The notes under the pieces were generated by a model that saw only the letters and a list, made by a program, of their open reading frames with translations, made no database searches and had not been told where the DNA came from. 51,277 nt of DNA, from positions 1 to 51,277 of the forward strand of contig CAYMNG010000005.1 in NCBI GenBank assembly GCA_964391765.1. The letters run 5' to 3'. This document shows, in pieces, positions 18,955 to 27,423 of this stretch. Within the stretch, counting starts at the first letter, position 1. Each line of letters opens with the position of its first letter. Both the position numbers and the translations under genes were made by a program. This DNA comes from an uncultured Bifidobacteriaceae bacterium. Its GTDB lineage: Bacteria; Actinomycetota; Actinomycetes; S36-B12.

Positions 18955-19710
18955 TCATCGGGCGGTCCACCCGCCGTCGACGGCGAGGGTCTGGCCGGTG
19001 ATGTACGACCCGAGGTCGCTGGCGAGCAGCAGCAGCGGTCCGTCGAGCTCGTCGGGGCGGCCGACCCGACGCAGCGGCGTCTGTCGGCTGATGAAGCGTG
19101 CCCCGGCGTCGGTGTTCGCGAACTGGGCCGTCTGGTCGGTCACGAACCAGCCGGGGGCCAGGGCGTTGACGCGGATCCCGCGATCGGCCCACTCGCAGCC
19201 CAACTGGCGGGTCAGTCCGACGACCCCGGCCTTGGCGGCACAGTAGGCGGCCTGGGTGATCGGCGCGGACGCGACGAGGCCGAACATGGACGCGACGTTG
19301 ACGATGCTGCTGCCCGGGGGCATGACCCGCGCGGCCAACTGGCTCAGGGCGAACGTCGCGACGAGGTTCAGGTCGACGGTCGCCTCGAACTCAGCGAGGT
19401 CGACGTCCAGCGCGGCGGTCGCGGCCGAGCCGCCGGCGTTGTTCACCAAGACGGTGAACGAACCCGCGTCGGTGGCCGCCGCGACGACGGCCTGCCGGCC
19501 CGCGTCGGTGGTCACGTCGGCGACGACGGGTACGACGTCGGGGACCTCGTCTGCCAGCGAGGCGAGCAGGTCCGAGCGTCGAGCCACCGCGACGACCCGG
19601 GCACCGGCGCCGGCCAGGGTGCGAACGAAGTGCCGGCCCAGGCCGCTGGACGCGCCGGTGACCACGGCCGTGCGGCCGGCGAGCAGCGGGCCGGGCACTG
19701 CGGCGGGCAT
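18955..19710 (-). CDS. SDR family oxidoreductase
   Basis: TAVVTGASSGLG, NNAG, YCAAK motifs. ATG 19710 is preferred. An alternative GTG 19737 would overlap the thiolase stop (GTGA). Confidence 0.8.
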   Translation of the reverse strand: MPAAVPGPLLAGRTAVVTGASSGLGRHFVRTLAGAGARVVAVARRSDLLASLADEVPDVVPVVADVTTDAGRQAVVAAATDAGSFTVLVNNAGGSAATAALDVDLAEFEATVDLNLVATFALSQLAARVMPPGSSIVNVASMFGLVASAPITQAAYCAAKAGVVGLTRQLGCEWADRGIRVNALAPGWFVTDQTAQFANTDAGARFISRQTPLRRVGRPDELDGPLLLLASDLGSYITGQTLAVDGGWTAR

Positions 19711-19733
19711 CGTCGTGGGTACCGCCGGTCGGC

Positions 19734-20945
19734 TCACGAGCCGACGACCTCGACGATCGTCGCGTTGGCCATCCCGCCGCCCTCGCACATCGTCTGCAGG
19801 CCCAGCCCGCCGCCGCGCCGCTCCAGCGCGGACACGAGGGTCACCATCAGCCGGGCGCCGGAGGCGCCGAGCGGGTGACCGAGGGCGATTGCGCCGCCGT
19901 CGACGTTGACCCGGTCCAGATCCACGTCGAGGTCCTTCGCCCACGCGAGGACGACGGGGGCGAACGCCTCGTTCACCTCGAAGGCCGCGATGTCGGCGAT
20001 CGAGCGGCCGGCCCGGTCGAGGACCTGGCGGGTGGCCGGTATCGGCGCGGACAGCATCTCGACCGGATCGGCGCCGACGACCGACATCTCGCGAATGACC
20101 GCACGGTAGGGCAGGCCCAGTCGCTCGGCGCGCTGCCGGCTCATCACGAGCACGGCGGCCGCGCCGTCCGCGATCTGGGAGGAGTTGCCGGCGGTGATCA
20201 CCCCGTCGGGGACGAACACCGGCGACAGTCCGGCCAACGCCTCGGCGGACGTGTCGCGGATGCACTCGTCGGCGCTGACGGTCCCGTCGGCGGTAGCGAT
20301 CTCACCGGTCGCGCGGTCGCGGGTCCGCGTCTGCATCGGCAGGATCTGCCCGTCCAGGCGGCCACTGTCGCGGGCGTCGGCGGCCCGTCGGTGGCTGCGC
20401 AGCGCGAAGTCGTCGAGCGCCGCGCGATCGATGCCCCACCGCTCGGCGATCAACTCCGCGGACAGTCCCTGCGGGACCAGGCCGCGGTGGCCGAAGGTCT
20501 CGACGTCGGCGAAGCGGGCGGCGACCGCGTCGCCGTAGACGGCCGTGATGTCCCCGCCCGGGGCGTTGGAGAACATCGGCACCGAGCTCATGACCTCGAC
20601 CCCGGCGGCCACGACGACGTCGTTGACGCCGGCCATGATCGACTGGGCGGCGTTGTGGATCGCCTGCTGCGACGACCCGCACTGGCGGTCCATCGTCGTG
20701 CCCGGCACGGTGACCGGCCAGCCCGCGGCGAGGATCGCCGTGCGAGCCACGTTCGTGCTCTGCGCGCCGACCTGGGTCACGCAGCCGACCATGACGTCGT
20801 CGACGATCCGCGGGTCGATCCCGGTGCGGGTGACGAGCGCGTCGAGCGTCGCGGCCAGCAGTTCGGCCGGGTGCCAGCCGGACAGGGATCCGTGCCGCTT
20901 GCCGATGGGCGTGCGTACCAGGTCGACGATGACGGCGTTGTCCAT
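19734..20945 (-). CDS. Acetyl-CoA C-acyltransferase (thiolase)
   Basis: IVDLVRTPIGKRHGSL N-terminus, NVDGGAIALGHPLGASGARL and CEGGGMANA C-terminal thiolase motifs. ATG 20945 has a gagga SD. Confidence 0.9.
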   Translation of the reverse strand: MDNAVIVDLVRTPIGKRHGSLSGWHPAELLAATLDALVTRTGIDPRIVDDVMVGCVTQVGAQSTNVARTAILAAGWPVTVPGTTMDRQCGSSQQAIHNAAQSIMAGVNDVVVAAGVEVMSSVPMFSNAPGGDITAVYGDAVAARFADVETFGHRGLVPQGLSAELIAERWGIDRAALDDFALRSHRRAADARDSGRLDGQILPMQTRTRDRATGEIATADGTVSADECIRDTSAEALAGLSPVFVPDGVITAGNSSQIADGAAAVLVMSRQRAERLGLPYRAVIREMSVVGADPVEMLSAPIPATRQVLDRAGRSIADIAAFEVNEAFAPVVLAWAKDLDVDLDRVNVDGGAIALGHPLGASGARLMVTLVSALERRGGGLGLQTMCEGGGMANATIVEVVGS

Positions 20946-20963
20946 GGGGTCCTCGGGGTGTTC

Positions 20964-21016
20964 GGGGGTCGGGTCGGGGTCGGGGGTCGGGTCGGGGTCG
21001 GGGGTCGGCTCAGGTC
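20964..21016. repeat. 18-bp tandem repeat (about 2.9 copies), G-rich on + strand and C-rich in the mRNA
   Basis: gggggtcgggtcggggtc occurs at 20964-20981 and identically at 20982-20999. A degenerate third copy at 21000-21016 overlaps the stop of the upstream ACAD-like gene. Confidence 0.9.
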
Positions 21017-22122
21017 GCGGTGAGGATCGACGCGGCGCCACGGCGAGCGGCTTCGGCGAAGTGCTGCGCCGGTGTGCCGCCCCACGAGCGTGCCGCGTGC
21101 GCACGGCGGAAGAACAGGTGGGCATCGTGCTCCCAGGTGAACCCGATCCCGCCGTGCAGGTGGACGAGGGTTCCGGCGCCGTGGGCGAACGTCTCGGCGG
21201 CCATGGCGCGGGCCAACGGAGCGACTCGGGCGAGCACCGCGTCGTCCCCGTCGTCGGCGGCGTGCAGCGCGATCGACGAGACCGCCTGCGCCTGCTCGAT
21301 CCGCAGGGCCAACCGCGAGCAGGCGTGTTGCAGGGCCTGGAAGCCGCCGATCAGGCGACCGAACTGCTCGCGGATGCACACGTACTCCACCGTGCGGTCC
21401 AGGCAGGCGCGGGCGCCGCCGATGAGTTCGGCGGCCAGCGACACGTCGGCGAGGTCGTTGAGCCGACCGACGGCGGCGGCCCCGCTCACGACGATGCGCG
21501 CGGCGGCCCCGGTCAGGTCGACGTCGGCGACGGTCCGCACGAGGTCGGTTCCCGGTCGCGGGTGACGTCGAGGGGCGATGCCCTGCGGGTCGTCGACCAG
21601 CGCGAGCGCCGGTCCGGAGTCGGTGTCGACCGGGACGACGAGGACGTCGGCGTGGCCGGCGTCGGGAACGAACCGGACCACGCCGGCCAGGCGGCCGTCG
21701 ACCAGGCGAACCTCCGGCGGCGCGGACGGACCCGATGCCGCCCACGCGACCGTGCCGACGAGGTCGCCGGAGAGCAGGTCGGCCAGCCGGGAATCTGGTT
21801 GTGCCGCGGCGGCCAGCGCGCGCGCGGCGTTCAGACCGGACCAGACCGGGGCCGGCTCGAGTCGGTACCCGAGTTCCTCGAGCACCACCGCGGTCGCCCG
21901 TTCGCCGGCAGCCAGGCCGCCGTGCTGCTCGGGGACGACCAGCGCGCTGACCCCGAGGTCGACGCACAGGCGCTGCCACATGAAGCGGTCGTCACCTGGC
22001 GCAGTCCCTGCCGCGCGGGCGTCCGCCCCGGCGCGCACCCGGGCGACACCGTCGTTGTCGTGGGCGAAGTCCCGGATCGTCTCGCGGACCTGGTCCGCGT
22101 CGAGCACGTCGGTCGCGGTCAC
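21010..22122 (-). CDS. Acyl-CoA dehydrogenase-fold protein lacking the EPxxGSD motif (possible non-catalytic partner subunit)
   Basis: The C-terminal half has ACAD blocks (REQFGR.IG.FQA, HGGIGFTWEHDAHLFFRRA). Where other ACADs have (S/T)EPxxGSD it reads VAWAASGP. GTG 22122 overlaps the upstream stop (GTGA). Confidence 0.7.
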   Translation of the reverse strand: MTATDVLDADQVRETIRDFAHDNDGVARVRAGADARAAGTAPGDDRFMWQRLCVDLGVSALVVPEQHGGLAAGERATAVVLEELGYRLEPAPVWSGLNAARALAAAAQPDSRLADLLSGDLVGTVAWAASGPSAPPEVRLVDGRLAGVVRFVPDAGHADVLVVPVDTDSGPALALVDDPQGIAPRRHPRPGTDLVRTVADVDLTGAAARIVVSGAAAVGRLNDLADVSLAAELIGGARACLDRTVEYVCIREQFGRLIGGFQALQHACSRLALRIEQAQAVSSIALHAADDGDDAVLARVAPLARAMAAETFAHGAGTLVHLHGGIGFTWEHDAHLFFRRAHAARSWGGTPAQHFAEAARRGAASILTAT

Positions 22123-23282
22123 GTCAGGTCCCGATCGGCCAGCCAGTCGCCGATGGTCGCGATCGCCTGCTCCAGGTACGGGCGCTGCTCCGGCCCGGCG
22201 TAGTAGTGCGTCGCGCCCTGGATGATCCGCAGTTGTTTGTCGGCCGAACCGACGGCGTCGAAGATCCGTTGCGTATGGCTGGGTGTGCACGCGTCGTCCG
22301 CGCTGTTGCCGACGACCAGCGTCGGCACGTCGATGTCCGGTCCGCACATCTGGGCGTCCGCCCGGGCGTCGTCGAGGCTCCACTGGGACAGCCAGCCGCG
22401 CAGCGTGCAGAAGCGGGCGAGGCCGACCGGGCTCATGTTGACGATCTCCGGATCGCCCAGGTAGCACCAGCGCGGGCGGCGATCGTTCGGATCGACCGCC
22501 GGGTCCAGCCAGCGCGGATCGGCCATGGTTCCGTGGACGACGAACGCCCGCTCGGCCAGCGGCCGGCCGCTGGCGCGCAGATCCGACAACTGGTCCTTGA
22601 CCCATGCGGTGATCCGCCGGTTGCGCGCCTCCTGCGCGGCGCGGTACGCGTGGACGAACTGCGGTGAGTACGGCGGCTGGTTCGGATTGGCGGGGTCGTA
22701 GATGTCCAGTTCCGGATCGCGACGGTGGGGATCGGCCTCGTCGAGGATCGACGGGTCCATCCACTCGGTGAGCGTGCGGTGACGGCTCACGTGGGCGGCC
22801 AGGAGGAGCAGCGCGTCCGCCGGGGGGAGGTCGGCCGTGGTCAGGTCGGGCGGTTCGCCGGCCGGGGTCGCCGTCACGGTGGCGCGGCGGGCCTGCTGTT
22901 GGTAGAAGGTCGACAGTGCCCCGCCGCCGCTCCAGCCGGCGAGCACGACGTTCGTATAGCCGAGTCGGTCGCGCGCATCGCGGACGGCGGCCCCGAGGTC
23001 CTGGGCGACCTTCTCCATGACGAGCGCGTAGTCGGCGCCGCGATACCGACTGTTCGCGTAGATCACATGGTGCCCGGCCCGCGCGAGCGCGTTGTTGATC
23101 GGCAGGTACGCCCCGCCGCCGATCGGGTGCATGAACAGCAGCACCGTGTCGGACGGGCGGTCCGGCTTGAGCAGGTAGCACTCCAGTGCGACCTGCTCGC
23201 CGGTGCCGCCGTAGGTGTCGCGGTACGCGGACGTGTCGTCGAACAGGACGAGATACGGGATCCGCTGGTAGGTATGGATCAT
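22119..23282 (-). CDS. Alpha/beta-hydrolase fold protein
   Basis: 387 aa. Nucleophile elbow VLAGWSGGG, LLFMHPIGG oxyanion-like region, and a late D and H (NSADDACTP, GATHYY). ATG 23282 forms an ATGA overlap with the upstream stop. Confidence 0.7.
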   Translation of the reverse strand: MIHTYQRIPYLVLFDDTSAYRDTYGGTGEQVALECYLLKPDRPSDTVLLFMHPIGGGAYLPINNALARAGHHVIYANSRYRGADYALVMEKVAQDLGAAVRDARDRLGYTNVVLAGWSGGGALSTFYQQQARRATVTATPAGEPPDLTTADLPPADALLLLAAHVSRHRTLTEWMDPSILDEADPHRRDPELDIYDPANPNQPPYSPQFVHAYRAAQEARNRRITAWVKDQLSDLRASGRPLAERAFVVHGTMADPRWLDPAVDPNDRRPRWCYLGDPEIVNMSPVGLARFCTLRGWLSQWSLDDARADAQMCGPDIDVPTLVVGNSADDACTPSHTQRIFDAVGSADKQLRIIQGATHYYAGPEQRPYLEQAIATIGDWLADRDLT

Positions 23283-24466
23283 CGGGGTAGGCCCAGGCCT
23301 CTCTGCGCAACGAGGTTGAGGTGGATCTCGTCGGTCCCGCCCGCCAGCCGCAGTCCGGGTACGCCGAGGGTGAACGCCGACCAGTCGTCGACCTCGTCGC
23401 CGCCACCGTGCAGGGCGGGTCCGAGCAGTTCGGGGAGCGAGTCGTCCATCCGCATCAGCGCGTCGACGAGCGCGAGCTTGCTCAGCGACCCGGCGACCGG
23501 TTCGAGGCGACCCCAGGATCCGGGTCGCCGAGCGGCGAGGGCGCCGGCGGCGACGGCGGCCGCCACGGCGCGACCGACGTCGGCAGAGCAGGAACCGGTT
23601 CGGGCCACGAGATCGGCGTAGCGGGTCAGGACCGCGGGCGTGAGCGGGCCGGCCCCCCGCATCATCGCCAGCCGCTCGCTGTTCAGGCTCGTGGCGGCCA
23701 CCTGCCAGCCGTTGCCGGCCGCCCCGACCATGTCGGCCACGGGCACCCGGACGTCCGCCAGGAAGACCTCGTTGAAGGCGGCTCCGCCGGTCATCTGGCG
23801 CAGCGGTCGGACCGTCACGCCCGGTGCCCGCATGTCGACCAGCAGCATGCTCAACCCGGCGTGCTTGCCCGCGGCGGGGTCGGTTCGGACGAGGAGTTCG
23901 CCGATGTCGGCGACGTGGGCCATGGACGTCCAGACCTTCTGTCCGTTGACGATCCACTCGTCGCCGTCACGGACGGCCGAGGTCCGCGCGCCGGCCAGGT
24001 CGGAACCGGAGCCCGGCTCGGAGAACAACTGGCAGCCGACGAGGTCGCCGCTGTGGATCGCCGGCAGGTAGCGGCGCCGCAGGCCCTCGTCGCCGTGGGC
24101 CTCGATCGCCGGTGCGACGATGTCCAGGCCGATCATCAGCGGGGCCCGTGACGGCAGCCCGCTCTGGTCGACGACGGCGTCCACGGCGAGCTGCCAGCCG
24201 GCCGGCCGTCCGCCGCCGCCGAGTTCGCGCGGGCCGGCGAGCCAGGCCAGCCCGGCGGCGAACAACGCCGCCTGGGCCCTCCGGGCGACGCTAACCTGCT
24301 CGGAGTCGCGTTCGACGGTCTCCTCGATCAAGGAGACCTCGCGGTGCCGCTCGGTGAGGGCCGTCGTGCGGTAGTCGCGCAGGACGTCCCTCGCGACGGC
24401 GAGGACGTCCTCGACGGTCGACGCGGCGTCGACCCGCTGTCGGGCGAGCGCGAGGTCCGCGGTCAC
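23279..24466 (-). CDS. Acyl-CoA dehydrogenase
   Basis: FSEPGSGSDLAGARTSA and IVNGQKVWTS motifs. The C-terminal LAGGTDEIHLNLVAQR has Gly at the MCAD catalytic-Glu position. GTG 24466 overlaps the upstream stop (GTGA). Confidence 0.8.
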   Translation of the reverse strand: MTADLALARQRVDAASTVEDVLAVARDVLRDYRTTALTERHREVSLIEETVERDSEQVSVARRAQAALFAAGLAWLAGPRELGGGGRPAGWQLAVDAVVDQSGLPSRAPLMIGLDIVAPAIEAHGDEGLRRRYLPAIHSGDLVGCQLFSEPGSGSDLAGARTSAVRDGDEWIVNGQKVWTSMAHVADIGELLVRTDPAAGKHAGLSMLLVDMRAPGVTVRPLRQMTGGAAFNEVFLADVRVPVADMVGAAGNGWQVAATSLNSERLAMMRGAGPLTPAVLTRYADLVARTGSCSADVGRAVAAAVAAGALAARRPGSWGRLEPVAGSLSKLALVDALMRMDDSLPELLGPALHGGGDEVDDWSAFTLGVPGLRLAGGTDEIHLNLVAQRGLGLPR

Positions 24467-25833
24467 GGGAGGTCCGCCACGTGCCGGGCCAGCCGCTTGG
24501 CGCGGTCCATGTCGTAGTGCTTGCGCGCGACGATGCGCTGCGCGTACAGCCCGCCGCCGGACTGGATCATGGTCACCAGGTTCCAGCCGCCGAGGGCGTC
24601 GGCGGTGTAGTCGCGGATCGCGCGGAACAGGTGCGCGCGGTACTCGCCGTCCACGCCCTCCTTGGTGCGCATGTACTTTCGGATGTCGTCGCCCACCTCG
24701 GGGTTGAGGAGGTCCGCGGTCGACGGCACGGTGACGATCGCGCCGCCACCGATGTCGTGCAGGTGCTGGACCATTCGGCTGAACTCGTGCGCGCCGTAGT
24801 GCTTGGCCGCGTTCGTGTACAGCTCGCTCGGGAAGTACCACCCCTCCGGTGACGGCTCGGCGTGGACGATCGCGGCCTCCAGCCCGGCACGGACCAACGT
24901 CGCGTAGATGATCATCTCCGCGATCTTCTCCTTGACGTGGACGATCGACTCGGTCCCGTTCGCCTCCGCGACGAGCTGGGCCAGGCCGACGAGGATGTCG
25001 CCGAACTCCGCCATGTGCGCGGTGCCGCCGAGCCGCTCCCACAGTCCCAGCGAGTGGGCGAACAGCGCGGAGTACTCGGTTTCGCCGGCGAGGAAGACGC
25101 GCTCGGCCGGCACGAACACGTCGTCGAAGATGATGAATCCCTCGGGCGTGTTGTACCTGCTGCTGTAGGGGAAGTCGGCGACGTTGTGCCGTGGTGCGTA
25201 GTTGGTGTTGACGATGCGCACGCCCGGGGCGTTGACCGGGACGGCGCAGGCGATCGCCCAGTCCTCCTCGCCCGGCTTCATCATCTTCGTGGGCATGACG
25301 AGCAGTTCGTGGGACACCGCGGCCGACGAGATGTGCAGTTTCGCGCCACGGATGACGACGCCGTCGGGTCGGCGTTCGACGATCCGGGTGTAGACGTCCG
25401 GGTCCTCCTGCTTCGACGGGCCGAACCGACGATCCCCCTTCGCGTCGGTGATGGCCTGGACGCAGCGCAGATCGTTGTCCCGGCAGTACTCGAAGTAGCG
25501 TTCGATCCGGTCGGCGTACACCGGGTGCGTCTGGCGCATGCGCGTCGCCGCGGTGAGGTACGCGAGCAGCCCCTGGGACGCCGTGACCGTGACCATGTCC
25601 CATTCCAGCAACTCGTGCAGGAGCTCGCGGAGCTGCTCGGTCGAGTACGGGATGGTGAAGTACGGCCCGCTGGCGTCGTCGCCGGCTCGGTAGTAGCGGT
25701 CGTACCCCTCGCCGATCCGGTCGATCGTGGTGCGGAAGACGACGTGCTCGGCGGGGTCCTCGACGAGGTGGCCGTCGGCGAAGATCCGACGGCCGTCCTT
25801 CAGTGAGTCCAGGTATTCCGCCCGTGTCTTCAT
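24463..25833 (-). CDS. HpaB / 4-hydroxybutyryl-CoA dehydratase superfamily protein
   Basis: 456 aa. N-terminus MKTRAEYLDSLKDGRRIFADG..V.DP and a DAKGDR block are typical of the family. A gagagg SD precedes ATG 25833. Confidence 0.75.
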   Translation of the reverse strand: MKTRAEYLDSLKDGRRIFADGHLVEDPAEHVVFRTTIDRIGEGYDRYYRAGDDASGPYFTIPYSTEQLRELLHELLEWDMVTVTASQGLLAYLTAATRMRQTHPVYADRIERYFEYCRDNDLRCVQAITDAKGDRRFGPSKQEDPDVYTRIVERRPDGVVIRGAKLHISSAAVSHELLVMPTKMMKPGEEDWAIACAVPVNAPGVRIVNTNYAPRHNVADFPYSSRYNTPEGFIIFDDVFVPAERVFLAGETEYSALFAHSLGLWERLGGTAHMAEFGDILVGLAQLVAEANGTESIVHVKEKIAEMIIYATLVRAGLEAAIVHAEPSPEGWYFPSELYTNAAKHYGAHEFSRMVQHLHDIGGGAIVTVPSTADLLNPEVGDDIRKYMRTKEGVDGEYRAHLFRAIRDYTADALGGWNLVTMIQSGGGLYAQRIVARKHYDMDRAKRLARHVADLP

Positions 25834-25899
25834 GTGCTGCCTCTCAGGGTCGTGGGTCGGGGGTGCGTTCGCGGTGGGGACCGTGCCGGCTCGACGGCG

Positions 25900-27423
25900 C
25901 TACTGCTCGCCCTCGGGGCGGACGAACGCCGCGAGGTCGCGCCGGACGAGCTTGCCGGTGGCGCTGCGCGGCAGGTGTTCGACGACGACGACGGTCTTCG
26001 GCGTCTGGTAGCCGGCGAGGCGCTGCCGAAGCCAGGCGATCGTCGCCTCGGGGTCGATCTGCGAGCCGGGGCGGGGGACGACGGCTGCGCAGATGCGGGT
26101 CCCCCACAGGTCGTCGGCGACGCCGAAGACGGCGCACTCGCTGACCCCGTCCATCTCGGCCAGCACCTGTTCGACCGCGGCCGGCTGGACGTTCTCCCCG
26201 CCGGTGATGATCATGTCGTCGACCCGGCCCTCGACGTAGACGTAGCCGTCCGCGTCGACGCGGCCCACGTCGCGGGTGTGCAGCCATCCGTCGCGCAGCA
26301 CGGTCTCGGTGACGTCGTCGCGACCCCAGTAGCCGGTCATGAGGTGGTCGCTGGCGACGACGATCTCCCCGGCGGTGCCGACCGGCACGTCGGCTCCGGT
26401 CGTGACGTCGACGATCCGGACGCGCGTGGCGTTGACCGGCCGCCCGGCGGCCAGCAGGCGCGGGCTGTCGGGGTGATGGTCGGCCGGCGGCAGTTCGACG
26501 ATCGCACCGCCGGACTCGGACAGGCCGTACACCTGGGTGAAGCGGCACGGCATGACCCGGGCCAGCTCGCGGAGCAGCGCGCCGGAGATCGGCGAGGCGC
26601 CGTAGGCGATGTCGCCCAGGTGCGGCAGCGGCGTCGGGTTGCTGTTCAGCTCCCCGACGATCATGTGGAGCAGCGCCGGGACCATGACCGCGTGCGTGAT
26701 CTGCTGGTCGGCCAGCGCGCGGACGAGCCCGGCCGGCGACGCGTCCGCGGTGTAGTACTGCGTCACGCCGTACAGCAGGCCGTACTGGCACCAGGTCGCG
26801 CCGGCGAGGTGGAACTGCGGCGGGACGACGAGCATCCGGTCGCCGGCGTGGAAGGTGAATGCCGTCGACTCCGACACGGCCAGGTCGATGCTCCGACGAC
26901 TGATCCGCACGGCCTTCGGCTCGCCGGTCGAACCGGAGGTGAAGAACATGATCGTCGGATCGTCCGGCTCCGGCACGAGCGCCTCGCCGCGGGGTCGGTC
27001 GGCCCACGGGAACGGGCCGTCGGTGGGGACGCCGAGGTGGGGGCCGAGGTCGACGTCGGCGAGCATCGGTGCCAGGCCGATCGTCAGCGCCGGACCCACC
27101 GCCGCGGCCTGTCGCTCCAGGTCGGTCGACGACAGCCGCCAGTTCAAGCCGACGAGGGCCGCGCGGACGCGCCGGCAGGCCACCACGATCGGGAGGAAGG
27201 CCGGGTCGTTGCTGCCCAGCCAGGCGACGCGGTCACCCGGTCGGACACCGCGGTCGAGCAGCACGGACACCAGGCGGTCGGACGAGTCGTCGAGTTCGGC
27301 CCAGGTGATCCGCCGATCGGTGCCGATGGACTCCGCGGCGATCGCGTCGGGCATGGACCGCGCCCATTCGCGGACGGCCTCCTCCAGCCGCGGCGGCTGC
27401 GCCGCGGCGCCGGTATCGGTCAT
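25900..27423 (-). CDS. AMP-dependent acyl-CoA synthetase/ligase
   Basis: FFTSGSTGEPKAV AMP-binding motif, GYW, TRDVG and a C-terminal ..P.SATGK. ATG 27423 forms an ATGA overlap with the dioxygenase stop. Confidence 0.85.
   Translation of the reverse strand: MTDTGAAAQPPRLEEAVREWARSMPDAIAAESIGTDRRITWAELDDSSDRLVSVLLDRGVRPGDRVAWLGSNDPAFLPIVVACRRVRAALVGLNWRLSSTDLERQAAAVGPALTIGLAPMLADVDLGPHLGVPTDGPFPWADRPRGEALVPEPDDPTIMFFTSGSTGEPKAVRISRRSIDLAVSESTAFTFHAGDRMLVVPPQFHLAGATWCQYGLLYGVTQYYTADASPAGLVRALADQQITHAVMVPALLHMIVGELNSNPTPLPHLGDIAYGASPISGALLRELARVMPCRFTQVYGLSESGGAIVELPPADHHPDSPRLLAAGRPVNATRVRIVDVTTGADVPVGTAGEIVVASDHLMTGYWGRDDVTETVLRDGWLHTRDVGRVDADGYVYVEGRVDDMIITGGENVQPAAVEQVLAEMDGVSECAVFGVADDLWGTRICAAVVPRPGSQIDPEATIAWLRQRLAGYQTPKTVVVVEHLPRSATGKLVRRDLAAFVRPEGEQ

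Noticed and set aside
20964-21016. Possible CRISPR-like or minisatellite array.
   Set aside because: The repeats are directly contiguous with no spacers. There are only about 3 copies of 18 bp, and no cas genes are present.
20946-21125. In-frame upstream extension of the thiolase that would encode a PDPDPTPDPDPTP repeat linker.
   Set aside because: The extension would start inside the upstream ACAD-like CDS. ATG 20945 has a proper SD and yields a canonical thiolase N-terminus (IVDLVRTPIGK).
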